Shown one piece after another: positions 57,152 to 64,000 of a stretch of DNA of 64,000 nucleotides (its first letter is position 1; each line of letters opens with the position of its first letter). The stretch covers positions 10,850,001-10,914,000 of the forward strand of contig CM022675.1 in NCBI GenBank assembly GCA_012295275.1, read 5' to 3'. The position numbers and the translations under genes were made by a program. Origin of the DNA: Chrysomallon squamiferum (Eukaryota; Animalia; Mollusca). The notes beneath the pieces are model-generated. The model did not search any database and was not told the origin of the DNA. It saw nothing but the letters and a program-made list of their open reading frames with translations.

Positions 57152-57550
57152 TAATAATAATAATGGTGACGATGATAAGCAAGAAGTAAAATTAAGTCCA
57201 TCTTCAAGTGCATTAAATCGGTGTCTGAATGTTTCTTAATGTTAAAGCAGACTGGAAACTTCTTAATGTTAAAGTAGACTGGAAACCTTATCTCAGATGT
57301 CCAGCGAGGTGTTCAGAAAGCAAGTGAAAGGGGAAGTAACTTAACTCTTTGTTTCTTCCACCGAGACGATTCGAACCAGACTCATTCACGAAATCAGCGA
57401 TAATTCTTTACTTGAACGAAAGCTTTTGTCTTATAGAAGAAAATAAACTGGATGTGGAATTATGTTTTATGGTGGGGTTTAGTGACTAAATTTAAATAAA
57501 TAAATATATAAATAAATAAATAAATAAATAAATAAAATGATGATCATCAC

Positions 57551-57613
<63 letters not shown>

Positions 57614-57717
57614 AACAACAACAACAGTAATAACATTACCCACAGTTATTTTCGTTCGAATGTTTTAATCGATGTAATGTAACCTTTGAAATATTTATTA
57701 TTATTATTATTATTATT

Positions 57718-57784
<67 letters not shown>

Positions 57785-58965
57785 TTGCTGTTGCTGTTAT
57801 TATTTTTATAATAATAATGACTATAACAATAACGGAAATATTTTGCGTAGAATCTAATGCACCATATATTTGGTTGCCAGAACCATTATTTACAGCAAAA
57901 CATTATTTAATCTTTTCTTCTAACGGTTTACAGAATTATTAAATCAAACTACTGGAAATAGTATTTAAAAAATGAAATTATTATATTTTAAATATGTAAC
58001 AGTAATTTTAAAGATGTATATATGTAATTCATGCTTGATAGGTTGGTAAAATTTTCACTTCGAACCTATTTATTCTGTAAAATAAATAAAGTCGTTGAAT
58101 TTTGTTTTGACAGCTGCTGATTCTAAATCAAACTATATTTAAAGAAATCAGATGTTTTCTAAACCTCAGATTTTTTCTGTGTATGTAGAAACTGTTTACT
58201 TCCATGAAAATAAATGCAAAAGTTGTTGAAAATGAAACTCAACTTTCGAATGGTGCCTAATGATCTTTATCGTACGTTAAGTTAAAAATGGCTGTTAACA
58301 GCTTCGTCTGAAATGAAATGGTTTCTAAAAATAAACAAACAAACAAACAAACAAGTAAATAAATTTAAAAAAAAAAAAAAATAAAAAAAATAAAAAAAAA
58401 TAATATATATATTTTTTTAATTTTGAAGGAAATGTCTTCAAAATAAATCCGTATTAAGAATTCAGAAAAATTAAAAAATTGTTTTTTTTCTTCTAATCTT
58501 GCTGTTTTATCCAAAATGAAAATAACTTTAGATTTCAACAAGTGTATTTCACTTACAACAACAGAAAGTAGACAACATGTTTTCGTTTTCGTGTTTTTGC
58601 ATCATGTATGTCTTAAAATATGTTTATAAAATTTGAAATTAATTCGTGATATTCAAAATTGTATAATATATTTTGTATTAAAACATATTTTAACATAATA
58701 ATAATAATAATAATGATGATGATGATGATGACGGTGTTGATAATGATATTAATTAAAAAAATAATAATAACAATAGTAAGAAAAGGAAGAAGAATAACAA
58801 CAACAGCAACAACGTCAGTAATAAAAACAACAATAATTAGAACAATATTACTACTACTACAACTACGACTACTACTATTATTATTATTACTACTACTACT
58901 GCTACTACTGCTACTACTATTATTACTACTGCTACTACTGTTACTAATAATATTACTACTACTGC

Positions 58966-58998
<33 letters not shown>

Positions 58999-59635
58999 TA
59001 ATAATAATAACAACAACAACAATAGCAATAAAAGTAACGAAGTAAATAATAATATAACTGATAATACGAGCGAATGGTATGATCTAAAGAACAGAAATGA
59101 AACATTTTAGTTACGTTTTTATATACTACTACTACTACTACTACTAATAATAATAATAATAATAACAATAATTTCTAACAACATCAGTAGTAAATCAGAA
59201 TGTAAAGTTGAAAAAATTGAAAAAAAATAATAATTTGAAAATACAAAACAATATATTAAGTTTGATTCCTCAGTTAATTTCCTCTTTCATTTTTATTTTT
59301 TTTTTTTTTTCCCTATTTACTTTAAACCACAAATTCGGTTAATTAGATTATTATTTTTTATCTCTACATATTTGTTATCTATGATACGTATTTAAAGTTT
59401 CATTAAGCGTAATATCGATTTGTAAACATATTTTATTTCTCAGATAATTGGCGATGCTATCTTTAAATAATAAAAATAGATTATCATTATTTTTCTTTAA
59501 TTTGAAATAAATGTGTTATCGACTAATTTCAGAATGGGTATAATTAGGTTTTTATTGCCATGAAACCTTTATTTTATTTTATTTTATTTTATTTTATTTT
59601 ATAACTTGAACTTTATAATACCGACTGAAGAAAAC

Positions 59636-59694
<59 letters not shown>

Positions 59695-59837
59695 TTAACA
59701 ACTTTAACATTTCCTCAAAAATTACATATCAAAGGCCAGATAAATTTTTTTAAAAATGCAATACCACTAGATTTTACGATGATTTGTCACGAAATATTGT
59801 AGATGAACAAGTCTGTCTGTCTATTTATCTGTTTATC

Positions 59838-60740
59838 CATAAATACTTTCATATAGTAGACGTCATAATTTAAAACACAGTCTTTCATTCGTAATTTGGG
59901 CATAAGAAATTTTCACAAGAACATGTAGAAAGTAGACTCAAAGACTTTCATACAGTTAAATCGTTTTTAACGTAGAAAAGAAGATTTTCATACAGAAGAA
60001 TATTCGTAACATAGACATAAATACTTTCATACTGCAGAATATTTATGACGTAGACATAAATCTGTCATACTGTAGAACATTCAAAACATAAGGCGTAAAG
60101 ACTTTAATACAGCAGGACATTCGTAAAGATTTTCGTACAGAAAAATATACAGAAAAAAATATACGTAATAACTGTGATACACATTTTGTTAACAACAAAT
60201 AAATTTGCATAATTGTTATTGATTGAAAATCACCTTTAGTAACGCATATATTCCTTAAAATTACCCAGTGATACATTTAGCTAAACACAAACATATTAAT
60301 AAGAAAATATATTACAGGTCATCTAAAGGAAAAAAAATAACATATTTTGTTAAAATACTATATACATATTTAACAAAGCATAAACGGTAAATATAGAATA
60401 CACAAAATGTAGGCATAACAACTTTATAAATTAAAAGAATATAGATGTATATTTAGCGATTACGGTACGTTCAGCCGTATCGTTTATATAACGATTTTCG
60501 TAAAAAGATACGTTCACAATGTAGGCATAGTAAATATATAATTTGGGAATATACACCGAGCTTGCATGTCGACTTTATAAAGTAAGAAGGTTCATAGGTG
60601 AGATATTAAACTCTTCTGTAAATAGAATATTCATAAAGTGGGCATATCGACATAATTATCATAAATCTGAATATTCATAGATATATAAAACAAATGTCTG
60701 AGAACTAGGTAGGCTAAAACACTTTCATAATGATAACTAT
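59838..60740. repeat. Degenerate 39-bp minisatellite (consensus ~ATAAATACTTTCATACAGTAGAATATTCGTAACGTAGAC)
   Basis: Clear adjacent copies at 59940-60150 (ACTTTCATAC / GAATATTC / GTAGAC recurrences) and decayed copies at 60380-60740. Confidence 0.7.
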
Positions 60741-61109
60741 AACAACTACCTAGTTTAGGGGTATACCTTTAGCGTCTGCATATATTCTGTATCTTTATCT
60801 ATATCTAGATGCATATTCAATACATTTTACACCCAACAATGATTTTATTTTTCTTGCTAGGCTGTCGGCTAAACATTCATTCTTTCTACAAGCATATCCA
60901 TATCTGTATTTATTTCTGTCTATTAACTAGCTACCAATGTATTTACATCTATTGCTATCATCAGTATCTGTATCTGTGTACCTGTGTATCTGTCTATCTA
61001 TATCTATATCTATCTATCTATCTATCTTTATTATGTCTGTCTGTCTCTGTCTCTCTCTCTCTCTGTCTGTCTTTCTGTCTGTCTGTCTGTCTGTATCTAT
61101 CTATCTATA

Positions 61110-61193
<84 letters not shown>

Positions 61194-61771
61194 TCTTTGG
61201 ACATCTGGACTTATTTTAAATAAAAACAACGAAAGACGGTAACTTCCTAGTCTCTGTTTCAATTTTTCCGTTCGATTCTTAAATGTGAATGCACCAGAAT
61301 ACCCAGGATTTGCTATTGAATATGTAGATGAACTGTGTAAATTTATTAACTGTTAATAGTTGAGTAATTTAAGATTCGGTACATTTGTATGTTATCTTGG
61401 TAATCAAAATTAGCTTTTCATCATCGATATTAGCTGGCTAAGTGTTGAATTTGAAAATATATTTAGTTTTGATTAAAGTTACCACTGACTAATCATTTTA
61501 ATAATACTTAATAATTACCTGGTAACCGCAGTATCGAAACACATGACAAAGAAGATAGCCTCTTGTATGTATAAAATATATATTGTGTTGTTTTTTTAAC
61601 AAGATAGTCAAGAAATATAATATTAGTGATATAAATAAATAAAATATAAGATATAAATAAAGAAAGAAAGAAAGAAAGAAAGAAAGAAGGAAAATCTTAG
61701 ATGCAAATAAATAAAAAAATTAAAGTAAAATGTGCTCTTCTGAGTTTGGTTATGTGTGTGTATGTGTGCCT

Positions 61772-61829
<58 letters not shown>

Positions 61830-62273
61830 ACGTGTGTGTACGTGAGTGCTCGCGCGGCAAACACAGGAAGCTACAGAAGAAAAAAAAAAACCTGAGTGTG
61901 TGTTTGTCTGTTAACTTAATTTGCATTTCGATAGAAGCTGACGTAGATTTATGTTTTTACAGAGGATTTTTCCATGCTTTACAAATTATGGCTCAATGAT
62001 TTTAGAACGGACATCAATCACTGAGGAAATATGACTTAATGTGCCGGGAATGAGGTGAAATATTAGTCGATGTAAAAGAAACATGTAATTATGGGCCATC
62101 GGCCAGCTGATGTTCGTTATAGTTCCACGATGTTGAATATTAGGAAAAAATAAAATAAAAAAATTCAATAAACGGTTAAAAAAAAAAAAAAAAGAAAAAA
62201 GAAAAAAGATAGAAAAAAAAAATGTTTTGTTTAGACGGTTAAAATGTTTTGTTTCATTACTGGAGGTTAACCT

Positions 62274-62405
<132 letters not shown>

Positions 62406-62853
62406 CTCTCTTACTATGTTTTTATTCTCTCTCTTTTGTTTTCTCTCTGTTATTCACTTTCATCATACCCATTAATGATACGATATAGCAACAGCAACAA
62501 GACCAGTAACAGCAGCAGCAGCAACGACAAAAAAAAACAACAACAACAATAACAGCAACAGCATTTCTGTAATAATAATAATAATAATAAAAAGTAAAGT
62601 AGAATAAAATAAAATAAAATAAAATTAATAAAATAAATGAATACAATGAGAGAAAGAGAGATAAAAAATACTACTACTACTAGTAATAATAATAATAATA
62701 ACAACAACAAAATGAAATCGATGATAATATTAATGATTCTCGTAATGATGATGATGACGATGATAATGATGATGAAAATGATAAAGAGAAAACCACCCAG
62801 AATATATAATAATAATAATAAAAAAAAAAAAGAGTAAAAAAATAAAAAATAAC

Positions 62854-62934
<81 letters not shown>

Positions 62935-63591
62935 AACAAAAAAACAAGAAACCCCCCACAATAATAAATAAATAAATAACTAAAATACAAAGAAAAAAAA
63001 TAAAACACATTCTTTTTTTTAGCTCAGGCATCCGAAATACGAGCAACAGCTCTCTTCTTATTAACGACTCGGAAAGCTGTGAACAAAGTCAGTCGTGAAG
63101 CTCGTTATGAAGACAACGTTGACGTATGTATTTACGCCAATAAATCAGCGGCCGTGGCCGAGGGAACGAGGGATCAAGACATACAAATGACATCCCGAAG
63201 GCTTGTTACCCATCTGTGAGGAATGTGTGGTGTCCGGCGCGAGCTAAACATGGCACAGGTATTCAATTAGACAGCGAGTTATGTCCCCAATTGTCTTCCG
63301 TACAAAACCAATCATTTAGACTGCCCGCGTCCCGAGTGTAAATATGTGAAGCGAGTTTGTTGTTTTGTTACGTCGCGTCTTTTGTTCGTGTGTGTGTGTG
63401 TGTCTGGCTCTGTTATATAAATGTTTAATTTTTTTTTTTTTTTAATTATTTTAATTTTATTTTATTTTATTTTATTTTTTTTTATTATTATTTTGTTCTG
63501 TTTTGTTTTGTTTTGTTTTGTTTTATTTTGTTTTAATTTTGTTTTAATTTTGTTTTTATTTATTCATTCATTTATTTATTAATAATAATAA

Positions 63592-63628
<37 letters not shown>

Positions 63629-63947
63629 ATTATCATCATCATCATCATCATCATCATCGTTATTATTTATTAACAATTATTTATTAACTTACTTGCTTAC
63701 TTTTTTATTTGGTAATTTTTAGTATCAGTAACAGTAGTAAAATTAGAAGCAATAATTGTACTGGCAATAATAATAGTACTAAAGTAATAACAAACTAATT
63801 ATCTGTCTCAGATCTTTTTACATGTATACTTGATTAAAATAAAATAAAATAAAATAAAATAAAATAGACGTTCATACAAATCTGCGTTCCAAATAAATAA
63901 AAATGAATAGCAAACCAGACATAATAAATAATAAAAGAAAGAAGCGT

Positions 63948-63978
<31 letters not shown>

Positions 63979-64000
63979 TACACGTTGCACTCTGATCACA

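Noticed and set aside
57232-57287. 27-bp tandem duplication (similar ones at 43041-43081 and 13992-14060)
   Set aside because: Ordinary small slippage duplications with no motif content; they also show that the DR5/DR1 could have arisen the same way.
59328-59345. ACAAATTCGGTT, similar to miR-10 arm sequence
   Set aside because: Only ~11-12 nt match and no complementary arm nearby; miR-10 is expected downstream of Hox5, outside the window.
63097-63115. GAAGCTCGTT resembling the miR-993 5' end
   Set aside because: The match ends after ~10 nt; wrong strand and position; no precursor stem.

Overview
This is eukaryotic (animal) genomic DNA: very AT-rich and saturated with microsatellites ((GA)n, (AAT)n, (CA)n, (TA)n, (TTTA)n, poly-A), with short islands of unique, CpG-containing sequence in between. 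Nearly all ORFs in the track are microsatellite artefacts. The one real coding segment is a minus-strand exon (26708->26060) encoding the N-terminal 216 aa of a central Hox protein, from MSSYFVNS to the hexapeptide HIYPWMRRM. It is most likely Hox5/Sex combs reduced, and by inference from a lophotrochozoan such as a mollusc. I found no homeobox exon in the window, so the following intron is >26 kb. The coding exon starts at a strong 3' splice acceptor overlapping a CCAAT-like + E-box module. A CpG-rich, two-CCAAT promoter with a perfect minus-strand GTAAGT donor ~28 kb upstream (55.1-55.3 kb) looks like the missing non-coding first exon. The window is therefore probably almost all Scr transcription unit and regulatory landscape. 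Most notable non-coding signals: a perfect AGGTCA DR5 (RARE-type) element at 37425-37441, a perfect DR1 at 52712-52724, clusters of Cdx/posterior-Hox and Pbx-Hox sites, a G-quadruplex-prone 14-bp repeat in the intron, and four old decayed tandem arrays (~170, 33, ~212 and 39 bp units). All motif and repeat calls were made by eye, with no database searches.
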